DNA from: an uncultured Chloroflexia bacterium
GTDB taxonomy: Bacteria; Chloroflexota; Limnocylindria; Limnocylindrales; CSP1-4
Assembly (NCBI GenBank): GCA_963734535.1
Contig: CAVTHS010000007.1
Location: 192,001-256,000 of the forward strand
Length of the DNA stretch: 64,000 bases
Direction: 5' to 3'
Shown here: positions 36,913-47,207 of the stretch, piece after piece
Position numbering within the stretch: the first letter of the stretch is position 1
Layout: every line of letters begins with the position of its first letter
The notes under the pieces: model-generated
What the model was told of the DNA's origin: nothing
Databases searched by the model: none
What the model saw: the letters and a program-made list of their open reading frames with translations, nothing else
Position numbers and translations under genes: made by a program

Positions 36913-38975
36913 TCAATGGCGGGCGAGGATCGCGAGGATCTCGTCGCCGTAGCGGTCGAGCCGCGCCGGGCCCATCCCCTTGACCCGCCGCAGCGCGGCG
37001 ACGGTCTCGGGCCGCTCCTCGACGAGCCCGGCGAGCAACGTGTCGGGGGCCACGACGTAGGCGGGGACGCCATCGTCCCGTGCACGCGCGGACCGCCACG
37101 CCCTGAGGTCGGCCATGGTCGGCTCGTCGGTGGAGCGACCCGTCGGTCGTGAGGACACGGGTGATCCCGGCAGGACGGTCACCCGCGACGAACGGTCAGC
37201 CCGGGATTTCGAAAGCGCGCGGCCCTCGCCGTCTCGCAGGCGGGGTCGCGGTCCGGCTCGGCCGTCATCGATCGCGCGCAGGAATCGACTCTGACGGCGA
37301 GGCGACTCGCGATCGCCCGGCCCGGTCCGACGCTCGGCCCACGAGAGGAGGAGATGGCGGCGTGCACGCGTCAGGCCGACGTACAGGAGCCGCCGTTCCT
37401 CGGCGAGCGCGTCGTCATCGTCGGTCGCCTGGCGGATCGGAAGCGTTCCCTCCTCGAGCCCGGGGAGAAGGACCGCGTCCCACTCGAGACCCTTCGCACG
37501 ATGGAGCGTGAGCAGGTTGACCCCGTCGGCCGAGCCCGCCGCTTCCGCCGCGGCCCGCGCCGCGAACTCGACGAGGAGCGCCCGCCTGTCGAGGCCCGTC
37601 GCCGGCGCGACACGCGCCGATTCGACCGCCGCCTCCCGGGCGATGTCGAGCACGAGTGTCAGGGATGCGGTCCGTTCTCGCGCCTCGGCGCCCGCCGCGT
37701 CGGCGTCCGGGTCGAAGCCGAGATCCGCCCGCAGGCTGGTCTCGAGCGCCTCGATCAGCGCTCGTCCGCGCGCCGTCTCCGGCAGCCGGCGCAGAAGCCG
37801 CAGGGCCTCCCGGACCTCGGGCCGCTCGAAGAAGCGCTGCCCGCGCACACGGAACGCGATCCCGGCCCTCGTGAGCGCGGCCTCGATCGGCGGGACCTGG
37901 GCGTTGATCCGCACGAGCACCGCGATCTCCGCGGGTGGGGTGCCGCCGTCGGTGAGCCGGCGAATGGTCGCCGTGAGCAGCGCGAGCTCCGCGTCGCCGT
38001 CCGGGCAGCGCCGGATGGTGGGCGGGGGGCCGGATGGCAGCGTTGCCACGAGGCGCTTCCGCCGTCCGTCCGCCGCGAGGAGGCGGTTGGCGAGCGCGAG
38101 CACCTCCGGACTGCTCCGGTAGTTGCGGTCCAGGGTGACCTGGCGGGCCGCCGGGACCCGGTCGGCGAAGCCCGTGAGGAAGTCGGACGTCGCGCCCGCG
38201 AAGGTGTAGATCGTCTGGTCCTCGTCACCGACGACGCACAGGTCGTCGCGATGGCCGAGCCAGAGCTCGAGGAGCCGCTGCTGGAGCGGGTTCGTGTCCT
38301 GGTACTCGTCGACGCTGAACCACCCGTACCGGGCTCGAACGGTCGCGGCGGCAGTCCCCTCCGACTCGAGCAGGTCGACGGTCCGGGTGAGCATGTCGTC
38401 GAAGTCGAGCCGGCCGGCCCGATCCTTCTCGCGCTCGTACGCCGTCCAGAGGCGAACGAACAGCTCCGCCGGGATGGGCGGGGTCCGGGTGCCGGCCCCG
38501 CTCGCGTACGTCGCCGGGCGGAGGCGCCGGCTCTTGGCCCACTCGATCTCGTCCGCGAGGTCCTTCGCCGTCGTGAAGCGATAGCCGCCCGGCAGCCCGC
38601 GGGCAAGGCGCCCGACGATCGGGATCTTCGAATCGAGCACGGCCGGCGCAGATGCCCCGTCGTGGTACGCGGGCCAGAAGTGCCGGAGCTGCGCCAGTGC
38701 GGCCGCGTGGAAGGTCCGGGCGGCGATGCCGGGCAGGCCGAGCTGCGAGAGGCGCTCCGCCATCTCGCCCGCCGCCTTGTCCGTGAACGTGACCACCAGC
38801 ACGCGTCTCGGATCGACCGCGCCGGTCGCGACCGCGTAGGCGACGCGACGGGTGACCACCCGGGTCTTCCCCGATCCCGCCCCGGCATGGATGACGAGGG
38901 GCCCGCGCGTGATCCGGACCGCCTCGGCCTGGGCCGGATCGAGCCCCACGAGGAGATCCTCGGGATCCATCGTCG

Positions 38976-38979
<4 letters not shown>
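36913..38979 (-). CDS. uvrD2: UvrD2-like ATP-dependent DNA helicase with HRDC domain
   Basis: 'AGAGSGKT', 'DEYQD', 'VGDEDQTIY', 'HRAKGLEW'; HRDC 'VPAYVV...GMGP'. Confidence 0.92.
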
Positions 38980-39599
<620 letters not shown>

Positions 39600-39698
39600 G
39601 CGGACTTCCCTCGTTGGACGCGATGGTCGGGCGGCTCAGGATGCGACAGGCCGCCAGCACGTGTCCAGCGCCACCCCGGCTGGTGCGGGTATGGCCTG

Positions 39699-39755
39699 TT
39701 GACAAAGCTAATGACCTTCGCCACAATGCTCACAGACCAAGCTAATGACCATAGC
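39699..39755 (+). promoter_or_regulatory. Sigma70 promoter overlapped by two TetR-type operator repeats
   Basis: TTGACA(39699)-N17-CACAAT(39722); AAGCTAATGACC at 39705 and 39739, the second extending to GCTA-N7-TAGC. Confidence 0.75.
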
Positions 39756-39801
39756 CGAGTGGTCGTGGCCGGCCAGTCGGCAGAAACGCGCGGAGGTCAC
39801 G

Positions 39802-40638
39802 ATGGCAGACACGATGACGCGAGAGCAGAACCCGACCAGGTTCCTGGATCGCCCGGGTGGGAGGATCGCCTACGACGTCGCGGGAGCCGGTTCCCTCGTC
39901 GTGTGCATCCCAGGGATGGGCGACCTTCGCTCGAGCTACCGGTTCCTGGCGCCGGCGCTGGAGGCGGCCGGGTATCGGGTCGCGACGCTGGACCTGCGCG
40001 GTCACGGCGACAGTGACGCCACCTTCGCCGAGTACGATGACGTTGCCGCGGGGTCGGACGTGGTCGCGCTGCTCGCCGAGCTCGGCGACGGGCCTGCCGT
40101 GCTCATCGGGAACTCGATGGGGGCCGGTGCAGCGGCATGGGCGGCCGCGGAGGCGCCCGACCTCGTCGCTGCGCTCGTGCTGGTCGGGCCCTTCGTCCGC
40201 AACCCTGCCGGCGGCAGGGCAGCCGCGCTGCTGTTCCGGCTGGCGCTGCTCCGCCCGTGGGGCCCGGCGGCCTGGAACGCCTGGTACGCGCGTCTCTTCC
40301 CGGGTCGGGCGCCGTCCGACCTCGCAGCCCACCGGGCGCGGATCCGCGCGAGCCTTCGCCGCCCCGGTCGCTGGAAGGCGTTCGCGGCGACGACGCACAC
40401 GAGTCATGCGCCCGTCGAGGCGCGCCTGGGCGAGATCGCGGCTCCGACCCTCATCGTGATGGGCGATCACGACCCTGACTTCGGCGATCCGCGGGCCGAG
40501 GCGGCGTTCATTGCCGGCAGGCTCGGGGCCGCGGTCGTGATGGTTCCCGGGGCCGGCCACTACCCCCATGCCGAGTACCCGGAGATCGTCACCCCTGCCA
40601 TCCTCGGGTTCCTCGGCAACGGCACGAACCATGCCTAG
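39802..40638 (+). CDS. Alpha/beta hydrolase
   Basis: GGAGG RBS; 'DLRGHG', 'GNSMG', 'AGHYPH'. Confidence 0.92.
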   Translation: MADTMTREQNPTRFLDRPGGRIAYDVAGAGSLVVCIPGMGDLRSSYRFLAPALEAAGYRVATLDLRGHGDSDATFAEYDDVAAGSDVVALLAELGDGPAVLIGNSMGAGAAAWAAAEAPDLVAALVLVGPFVRNPAGGRAAALLFRLALLRPWGPAAWNAWYARLFPGRAPSDLAAHRARIRASLRRPGRWKAFAATTHTSHAPVEARLGEIAAPTLIVMGDHDPDFGDPRAEAAFIAGRLGAAVVMVPGAGHYPHAEYPEIVTPAILGFLGNGTNHA

Positions 40639-41660
40639 GGCAGGCCTGACCCCCGCGATCGTTGTCGCGCGGGGAGCCGACCTCGCGGACGAGATCGGCC
40701 TGGACCACCTGACGCTCGCGGCCCTCGCGTCGCGCCTCGGGGTCGCCGTCCCGAGCCTGTACAAGCACGTCGACGGGCTCGACGCCCTGCGTCGCGGCAT
40801 CGCCATCCTCGCGCTCGGCGAGCTGGGCGATGCGATGGCCGGCGCGCTCCGTGCGGACATCGTCGGACGGCGGTCCGGACGACGGTTCGGACGGCGGTGC
40901 CCCGGTGCCGGCCCTGGCGAACGCCTACCGCGCCTACGCCTCGGCGTATCCGGGACGGTACGCGGCCACGCTCCGTGCGGCTCCGCCCGGCGACGCCGAG
41001 CACGGAGCGGCGGGCGACGCCATCCTGCGGAGCGTGTTCGCGGTCCTCGCGAGCCGTGGCCTCGCGGGCGAGGATGCCGTCGACGCGACGCGCGCCCTGC
41101 GGGCGGCGCTCCACGGTTTCGTGGCGCTCGAAGCCGCCGGCGGATTCGGGCTCCCGCAGGACGTGGACCGCTCGTTCCGGGGGCTCGTCGAGGGGCTGGA
41201 CCGCGGATTCGGTACCCTCGTGGGGGGCGATGCGACTCCGGACGTTGGTGCTCGCGGCGCGGTCAGCGAGCTGCGACTCGCGCTGACGGTCGAGGACTAC
41301 CCCCGCGCGCTCCGTTTCTACCGCGATTCGCTGGGCCTTCCCGTGCTCGAGTCGTGGGAGGACGGGAAGGCGCGCGGCGCGGTCCTCGGCGCGGGACGCG
41401 CCACGCTGGAGCTGCTCTCGCTGGAGCAGGCCGAGCTCATCGACCGGATCGAGGTTGGCTCGCGCGTCGCGGGCCCCGTCCGGGTGGCCCTGGCGGTCCT
41501 CGACTCGGCCGGTGTCGCCGATGCCCTGGTCGCCGCGGGCGCCGCACGCCTCGGCGGGCCAGTGGTCACGCCGTGGGCCCACCGCAATGTCCGCGTCGCG
41601 GCCCCGGATGGCCTCCAGCTGACGCTGTTCACCGAGCTGGATCCGCGACCAGGCGCATGA
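40631..41660 (+). CDS. TetR(WHG) regulator fused to a VOC/glyoxalase domain (+1 frameshift near 40856)
   Basis: HTH 'LASRLGVAVPSLYKHV'; next frame 'ALHGFVALE..GGF' continues without a stop into 'ELRLALTVEDY...FYRD...TPWAHRNVR'. Confidence 0.78.
40863..40898 (+). repeat. 12-bp tandem repeat x3 inside the TetR gene
   Basis: TCGGACGGCGGT CCGGACGACGGT TCGGACGGCGGT (SDGG PDDG SDGG). Confidence 0.75.
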
Positions 41661-41860
41661 GTCGCGATCCCTGGGCCCGCCCGGCTGACCGAGGTCACGC
41701 GGCGGGCGGACCCTTCGGCACGTGACGGGACGCGACGAGGTCCCCATCGTGCCCCTGACGGATCAGCAGAGGCTCGACGCCCGTCGGCTCGCCTGAGGGA
41801 TCCCATGACCCGCCCATCGAAACGTCGCCACCGACGGCGCGTCCGTGGCTCCTGCTCTCG

Positions 41861-42925
41861 ATGCTGACCGCCGGTCCGCGATCGAGCCCCTCGACCGGCG
41901 CACCGACGGAGCAGTCGGAGGCGCTCCTCCGCCGCCTCGCGAGCTCCACCGACCCCGGCGTGGCATATGCGGCCATGACGCTCGGGCTTGGCCGCCCCGT
42001 CGAAGCGCCCGAAGTTCGTGCGGCACAGGCCGCGATCCCGGCGTCCGTGCGCGCTCGCGCGCTCCTGTCCGGGCGTTCGACCGATGGCACCATCCGGCTC
42101 GGTCCCTACGCGAAGTGGCAGGGTGCCCATTGGACCCTCGTCCAGCTTGCGATGCTCGGCTACCCGCCCGGCGACAACGCGCTGGTGCCTCTCCGCGACC
42201 AGGTGATGGACTGGCTCCAGGGACGACGGCACACCGGCCCGCCCAGCACGGTGGTCTTCGACGACCAACCGGAGCGGGTCCGCCGATGTGCGTCACAGGA
42301 AGGCAACGCCGTCTGGGCGACCCTCCGGCTGGGGCTCGAGGATGAACGCACGGAGAGCCTCGTCGAGCGGCTCATCGGCTGGCAATGGCCCGACGGCGGC
42401 TGGAACTGCGACAGGCGCCGCGACGCGCGTCGGTCGTCCTTCCAGGAGACCGCGATTCCGCTGCGCGCCCTGTATCTCTATGGAATCGTGCACGACGACG
42501 CCCGCGCCCGGGGCGCCGCCGAACGCGCCGCGGCGCTGCTGCTGGAGCGCCGCCTCCTCTGGCGACGCTCGGACGGGCTCCTCATCCGACCCGATTGGGG
42601 CGGCCGCACGGACCTGATTCACTTCCCGATCCAGTTCTACGACCTGCTCTACGCGCTCGAGGTCATGGCCGAGACAGGCCACCTCGGCGATCCTCGGTGT
42701 GCCGACGCGCTGGACATGCTCGGCGCCAAGCGCCTCCCCGATGGCGGATTCCCGCGCGAGGACCGGACCGCGACGAAGCAGTCGCGGGTCGCGAGCCGCG
42801 GCACCTGGGCCGACTGGGGGCCGGCCGGGGCGCGGACCAGCAACCCGTTCGTCACCGCGGCTGCGCTCGGCGTGCTACGGATCGCCGCGCACGCACGCGA
42901 TGGAGGCGCCGGCCGCGCCGGGTGA
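41861..42925 (+). CDS. Prenyltransferase/squalene-cyclase-like repeat protein
   Basis: QW-like repeats 'WQWPDGGWNC', 'KRLPDGGF'; start uncertain. Confidence 0.7.
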   Translation: MLTAGPRSSPSTGAPTEQSEALLRRLASSTDPGVAYAAMTLGLGRPVEAPEVRAAQAAIPASVRARALLSGRSTDGTIRLGPYAKWQGAHWTLVQLAMLGYPPGDNALVPLRDQVMDWLQGRRHTGPPSTVVFDDQPERVRRCASQEGNAVWATLRLGLEDERTESLVERLIGWQWPDGGWNCDRRRDARRSSFQETAIPLRALYLYGIVHDDARARGAAERAAALLLERRLLWRRSDGLLIRPDWGGRTDLIHFPIQFYDLLYALEVMAETGHLGDPRCADALDMLGAKRLPDGGFPREDRTATKQSRVASRGTWADWGPAGARTSNPFVTAAALGVLRIAAHARDGGAGRAG

Positions 42926-42982
42926 GAGGCGAGCGACCGCGGATCGGCGGTGCGGCCCGGTGCCGGAGCCGCCGGGCCCTGG

Positions 42983-43702
42983 TCAGCTGATCCGGTACGC
43001 CACCGTGACCGACACGACGAGCTGCTGCACGGTGGGTTCCATCGTGACGGGTGCCGGGGCGATGTTCGGCGCGTCTCCCGGCACGGCGCCCGGGGTCGAG
43101 CCCGCGGCCCCTGCTGCCATGGGCACGGCGTAGGCGCCGCCGCTCGAGACGCTCACGGAGAGGACCCCGGTGATCGTGACCCCTGCCGCACGCGCGACCA
43201 CGTCCGCCTGCGCCTTTGCATCGGCGAGGGCGGCCTGGAGCGCGTCACGCTGCGCGCCCGCCTGGTCCGATGGGCCGGTCTTGACGTCTGCCCGGCCGAC
43301 CCCGGCCACGACGATCGTGTGGTCCGGCGCGACGCCCGGGGAGCCTGGGTAGACCGGGTAGGGATAGGCAATTGCTGGGACCGACCCGCCGACGCCGACG
43401 CCGGACCCGCTCACGCCCGCACCGGGGGAGACGACGCTGCCGCCCGACGTGGCGATCCCGCTGGGACCGACCTCCGTCGCGCCGGATGGCGCGAGCCCCG
43501 TCGTGCCGGAGCCCTGGCTCGGTGCACCCAGCGCGCCGCTCGCGGGCCGGCCGGTGGCTTCGACACTCCCCGTGCCGGGCGCGGCCGGGGTGGGCGGGGC
43601 TGCGGCCGTGGAGCAGCCGACGAGGACGACCACGAGCGGCACGAAGAGCAGGCCGGCGAGACGTCGTCGTCCGCTGGCCACGGTCGGGAGCTGAGCGCTC
43701 AT
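42983..43702 (-). CDS. SIMPL (DUF541) domain lipoprotein
   Basis: Lipobox 'LVGC'; low-complexity linker; 'ALADAKAQA..VA.AAGV', 'VSVTVAY'. Confidence 0.8.
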   Translation of the reverse strand: MSAQLPTVASGRRRLAGLLFVPLVVVLVGCSTAAAPPTPAAPGTGSVEATGRPASGALGAPSQGSGTTGLAPSGATEVGPSGIATSGGSVVSPGAGVSGSGVGVGGSVPAIAYPYPVYPGSPGVAPDHTIVVAGVGRADVKTGPSDQAGAQRDALQAALADAKAQADVVARAAGVTITGVLSVSVSSGGAYAVPMAAGAAGSTPGAVPGDAPNIAPAPVTMEPTVQQLVVSVTVAYRIS

Positions 43703-43761
43703 GGTGTGGGTCTCCTCGGGAGTCCGTTCGTCAGGTCGACGGGAGCCCGCCGTGCCCAGGG

Positions 43762-43787
43762 GACGCGAATCGCCGCGAATGGGTTCC
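43762..43787 (-). promoter_or_regulatory. Putative ECF (SigE/SigH-type) promoter
   Basis: Minus strand GGAACC-N16-CGTC upstream of the SIMPL gene. Confidence 0.55.
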
Positions 43788-43866
43788 CGGAGCTGTCGAT
43801 TCGGGGCGTCCCCGTTCGTTGCTCAAGCGAGACCGGCAACCGGATCACGGAATGGAGAAAGACGCC

Positions 43867-44226
43867 ATGGGCAGCCCGATCGTGCACTTCGAGATCCGAT
43901 CCACGGATCCCGATGCGAGTCGCGCCTTCTACGCAGAGCTGTTCGGCTGGACCTACCCCGCGGGCGGGTTCCCGGACTACACCTACGTCGACAGCGGCGT
44001 TCCCCAGGGAACGATCCCCGGTGGCATCAGCCCGCTCCAGGGCGGGAAGCCGATGGTCACGGTCTTCGCCGGCGTGGCGGACGTGGCGGCTGCGCTCGAC
44101 AAGGCCGTCACGCTCGGGGGGACGATCGTGCAGCCGGCCACCAAGGTGCCGGGCGTGACGTTCGGCCTCTTCGCGGACCCGCAGGGCCACGTGGTCGGCG
44201 TTGCCTCGGACGATCACGACGGGTAG
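43867..44226 (+). CDS. VOC/glyoxalase family protein
   Basis: 'IVHFEI', 'FYAELFGW', 'FADPQGHVVG'. Confidence 0.92.
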   Translation: MGSPIVHFEIRSTDPDASRAFYAELFGWTYPAGGFPDYTYVDSGVPQGTIPGGISPLQGGKPMVTVFAGVADVAAALDKAVTLGGTIVQPATKVPGVTFGLFADPQGHVVGVASDDHDG

Positions 44227-44302
44227 ATCCGGCCGCAGAGCGCTGCGGGGTCGCTGACCGGGTGCGCGTCAGGGCCGCCTCCAGCGGGGCGGCTCGCGAC
44301 CC

Positions 44303-45592
44303 TCAGCTTCCGGAAAGGACCCAGCTCGAGCCATCGGCGCCGTCGCGGACCTCCACGCCGGCAGCGACCAGCTGGTCGCGGATGAGGTCGGCCGTCGCCC
44401 AGTCACGGGCTTCCCGGGCGCGCGCCCGGAGCGTGAGAAGCGCCTCCACGAATGGGTCGACGGCCGAGCGCGGGTCGCCGCCAACGGTCCCCGCCGCTTC
44501 ACCCAGCCGCGCGATCAGCGCGCGAAACGTGGAGCGCGCGTTGTCGAGGTCGGGGCTGTCCTCGCCGGCACGGATCCGGGCCTCGACCGCCGAGTCGATA
44601 TCGAGAAGCGCAGCCACCGCTCCCCGGCTGTCGCCGAGGCCAAGGGCGTGGACGAACGCACCCTCGAGGTCGGCGACCTCGTCCTGAAGCGGCGTGGCCG
44701 GTCGCGGCGCCGGCTCTCCCGGGAGCTGCGAGCGCCCTGTCCCTCCCCAGCCGGGCTCCCACCCGATGTCGACCATGCCTCCCGCTGCCAGCTCGCGCGC
44801 GACCTCGGCCAGGACCTCGATCCCGACCTCGCTGCCGCTCGGGAAGACCGTGCCCCGGCCGTCGACCCTCACGGTGACACCGCCAAGGCCGGACACCGAG
44901 GCAGCCTGCCGGTCGAGGTCCAGGACGAGGGCGGTGTGGCTGTCGACGCCCAGGATGAACGTGCCCGTGGGCAGCTGGCGCTCGAGCATTCGCAGCCGCC
45001 GCTCGCCCATGTAGCAGAAGCGGGTGTCGTGGTTGCCACCCTCGGCGTTGTCGTAGTGGGGCACGACGGCGGCGCGCAGGCCGGTCGCGGGCCCGAGGAT
45101 GTCGAGCCCGGGTAGCCAGGCCGGGTCCGCGCCGACCTTGTAGATCTCGTAGACGGGGATCGTGACGGCACCGAGGGTGAGGGCCGCGGCGCTCGCCATC
45201 GTGAGGATGCCCCCGTCGCGGACGCGGTCGGCGAGCGCCGCCGGGACGGGACCGTCGACCCACTGCCGGAGGGCGTAGCTCGGGCTGCCCGGGCCCGCCA
45301 TCACGTAGCGAGCCTCGCGGATCCGGGCGATCGCGGTGGCGGCCGTGAGCGCATCCACGTCCCGGGACCGGTAGACCGCGACGCCGACCTCTCGACCGAC
45401 GCTCTCCGCGAAGAACCGGACCGTCCGGGCGCTGAGCTCGTCCGCGTTCTCCTGGAAGCCATACGGGGTGTCGAGGATGACGGCGGGGACGGCCTCCGGG
45501 CCCAGGCGCTCGAACAGCGCCCGGTGGACCTTGGCCATGGTCGGCGCCGTCTCCCCGGAGCCCATGATCGCCAGGATTCGCGGACCGCTCAT
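44303..45592 (-). CDS. Peptidase S51/cyanophycinase-like protein with CysRS-like C-terminal helical domain
   Basis: 'MGSGET', 'GPGSPSYA', 'ASAAA', 'PHYDN'; tail 'REARDWATADLIRDQL...GVEVRD'. Confidence 0.8.
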   Translation of the reverse strand: MSGPRILAIMGSGETAPTMAKVHRALFERLGPEAVPAVILDTPYGFQENADELSARTVRFFAESVGREVGVAVYRSRDVDALTAATAIARIREARYVMAGPGSPSYALRQWVDGPVPAALADRVRDGGILTMASAAALTLGAVTIPVYEIYKVGADPAWLPGLDILGPATGLRAAVVPHYDNAEGGNHDTRFCYMGERRLRMLERQLPTGTFILGVDSHTALVLDLDRQAASVSGLGGVTVRVDGRGTVFPSGSEVGIEVLAEVARELAAGGMVDIGWEPGWGGTGRSQLPGEPAPRPATPLQDEVADLEGAFVHALGLGDSRGAVAALLDIDSAVEARIRAGEDSPDLDNARSTFRALIARLGEAAGTVGGDPRSAVDPFVEALLTLRARAREARDWATADLIRDQLVAAGVEVRDGADGSSWVLSGS

Positions 45593-46446
45593 CCGAAGAA
45601 CCCGTCGACCGTCATCTCGTGTAGCACGTCTGCAAGTTCGGCCGGGCGCTGCGCATGGATGTCGTGATCGCCCGTGAACCAGCGCACCCTGGCGTTCGGG
45701 ATCGTTCCCGCCGCTGCCTCGACCTCGCGGCGCTTGCGCCGTGTCCAGGCGGTCTCGCCGCCGTCGACGGGCACGAGCAGGGTCGGGGCGGTGATGTCGG
45801 CGTACCGCTCCGAGGGGTGGTGCTCCCAGAGCCCGCGGAGGACCGTGATGTGGTGATCGAAGGTGAGCCACGGCGCGACGGTGCCGTCGCCGCGGACCTG
45901 GAAGTTCGCGAGGGCGCCGCGAATCCCGCTCTCCGGCCAGTCGCCATGGGTCGAGCGGAGGTAGCCCTCGATCTCGCTGAACGGTCGCCCCGCGAGGCGC
46001 GGTGGGGCGAGCGCGGCCCGGCAGGCGTCCCAGTCCGCGAACTGGCGGCTCGGTTCGAGCCAGCCGCCGTCCACGCAGGCGATGCCCCGGATCCGCGCGG
46101 GATGTCGGGCCGCAAGCTCGAGCGCGACGTTGCCGCCCCAGGATTGACCGGCGACGACCGGCCGGTCGATCGCCAGCCGTTCGATGAGCACGGCGAGGTC
46201 GTCGGCGACGGTCGGCACCTCGTACGGAGCGTCCGGCTTCGACGAGCGACCGTGCCCGCGAAGGTCGACGGTGACGACGGGATGCCCCCGCGCCACGAGG
46301 CTCTCCGCGACACCGTCCCACAGCCGGGCGTTCGAGGCGAGGCCGTGGACGAGCAGGAACGCAGGCGGCGTGCTCGTCCCTGCCGGCGTCCACACGTCGG
46401 CCGCGAGCTCCACCCCTTCGGCAACCGGCGTCAGCTCCGTGCGCAT
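45589..46446 (-). CDS. Alpha/beta hydrolase
   Basis: 'LVHGLAS', 'DLRGHG', 'GQSWG', 'GDHDIH'. Confidence 0.92.
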   Translation of the reverse strand: MRTELTPVAEGVELAADVWTPAGTSTPPAFLLVHGLASNARLWDGVAESLVARGHPVVTVDLRGHGRSSKPDAPYEVPTVADDLAVLIERLAIDRPVVAGQSWGGNVALELAARHPARIRGIACVDGGWLEPSRQFADWDACRAALAPPRLAGRPFSEIEGYLRSTHGDWPESGIRGALANFQVRGDGTVAPWLTFDHHITVLRGLWEHHPSERYADITAPTLLVPVDGGETAWTRRKRREVEAAAGTIPNARVRWFTGDHDIHAQRPAELADVLHEMTVDGFFG

Positions 46447-46547
46447 CCACCGGATGGTAGTCGGGCCGGCGCCGGCGAGCACCCGAATCCCGACGGACCT
46501 CGCAGACCGGCGGACCCGGGCGCCAGGACTTGGTGCATGATCGACGG

Positions 46548-47207
46548 GTGGACGTCCAGCCGCTCCGGGTCATCATCGCCGAGGATTCCGCGCTCATCCG
46601 GGAGGGCCTGGCGCGACTGATCGTCGACTCGGGCGGCGTCGTCGTCGCCAAGGTCGGCGACGGCCCGTCCTTCGTCGAAGCGGTCGTGGAGCACCGACCC
46701 GACGTCTCGGTGGTCGACGTGCGGATGCCCCCGACCCAGCGCGACGAGGGGCTCCGCGCGGCGATCGAGGCGCGCCGCCTCGTCCCCGGCACCCCCGTGC
46801 TCGTCCTCAGCCAGTACGTCGAGCCGCAGTACGCGACCGAGCTGCTCGCGGACCGGGCCGGGGGCGTCGGCTATCTCCTGAAGGATCGAGTCGCGGACAT
46901 CCGCGAGTTCATGGACGCGCTGCGACGGGTCGCCCGCGGCGGGACCGCGCTCGATCCCGAGGTCGTCGCCCAGCTCATGGTCCCGCGCCGCGCCGACGAC
47001 CGGCTCAATGCGTTGACCCCGCGCGAACGCGAGGTGCTCGCCGCAATGGCCGAAGGGCGGACGAACGTGGGCGTCGCGGCCCTGCTGGGCATCTCGGAAG
47101 GGGCCACCGAGAAGCACATCAGCAACATCTTCGGCAAGCTGGAGCTGCCCGACTCGGAGAACGACCACCGGCGCGTGCTGGCGGTGCTGACCTACCTCGG
47201 CTCCTAG
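46548..47207 (+). CDS. NarL/LuxR-family response regulator
   Basis: 'VIIAED', 'DVRMPP', 'GYLLKDRV', 'LTPREREVL', 'EKHISNIFGKL'. Confidence 0.95.
   Translation: MDVQPLRVIIAEDSALIREGLARLIVDSGGVVVAKVGDGPSFVEAVVEHRPDVSVVDVRMPPTQRDEGLRAAIEARRLVPGTPVLVLSQYVEPQYATELLADRAGGVGYLLKDRVADIREFMDALRRVARGGTALDPEVVAQLMVPRRADDRLNALTPREREVLAAMAEGRTNVGVAALLGISEGATEKHISNIFGKLELPDSENDHRRVLAVLTYLGS

Noticed and set aside
40863-40898. Short repeats as a CRISPR array or contingency locus
   Set aside because: Three in-frame 12-bp units with no spacers and no cas genes; copy-number change would not shift the frame.
44303-46792. 829-aa single ORF from the track
   Set aside because: The real gene starts at 45592; the upstream part overlaps the alpha/beta hydrolase in another frame.
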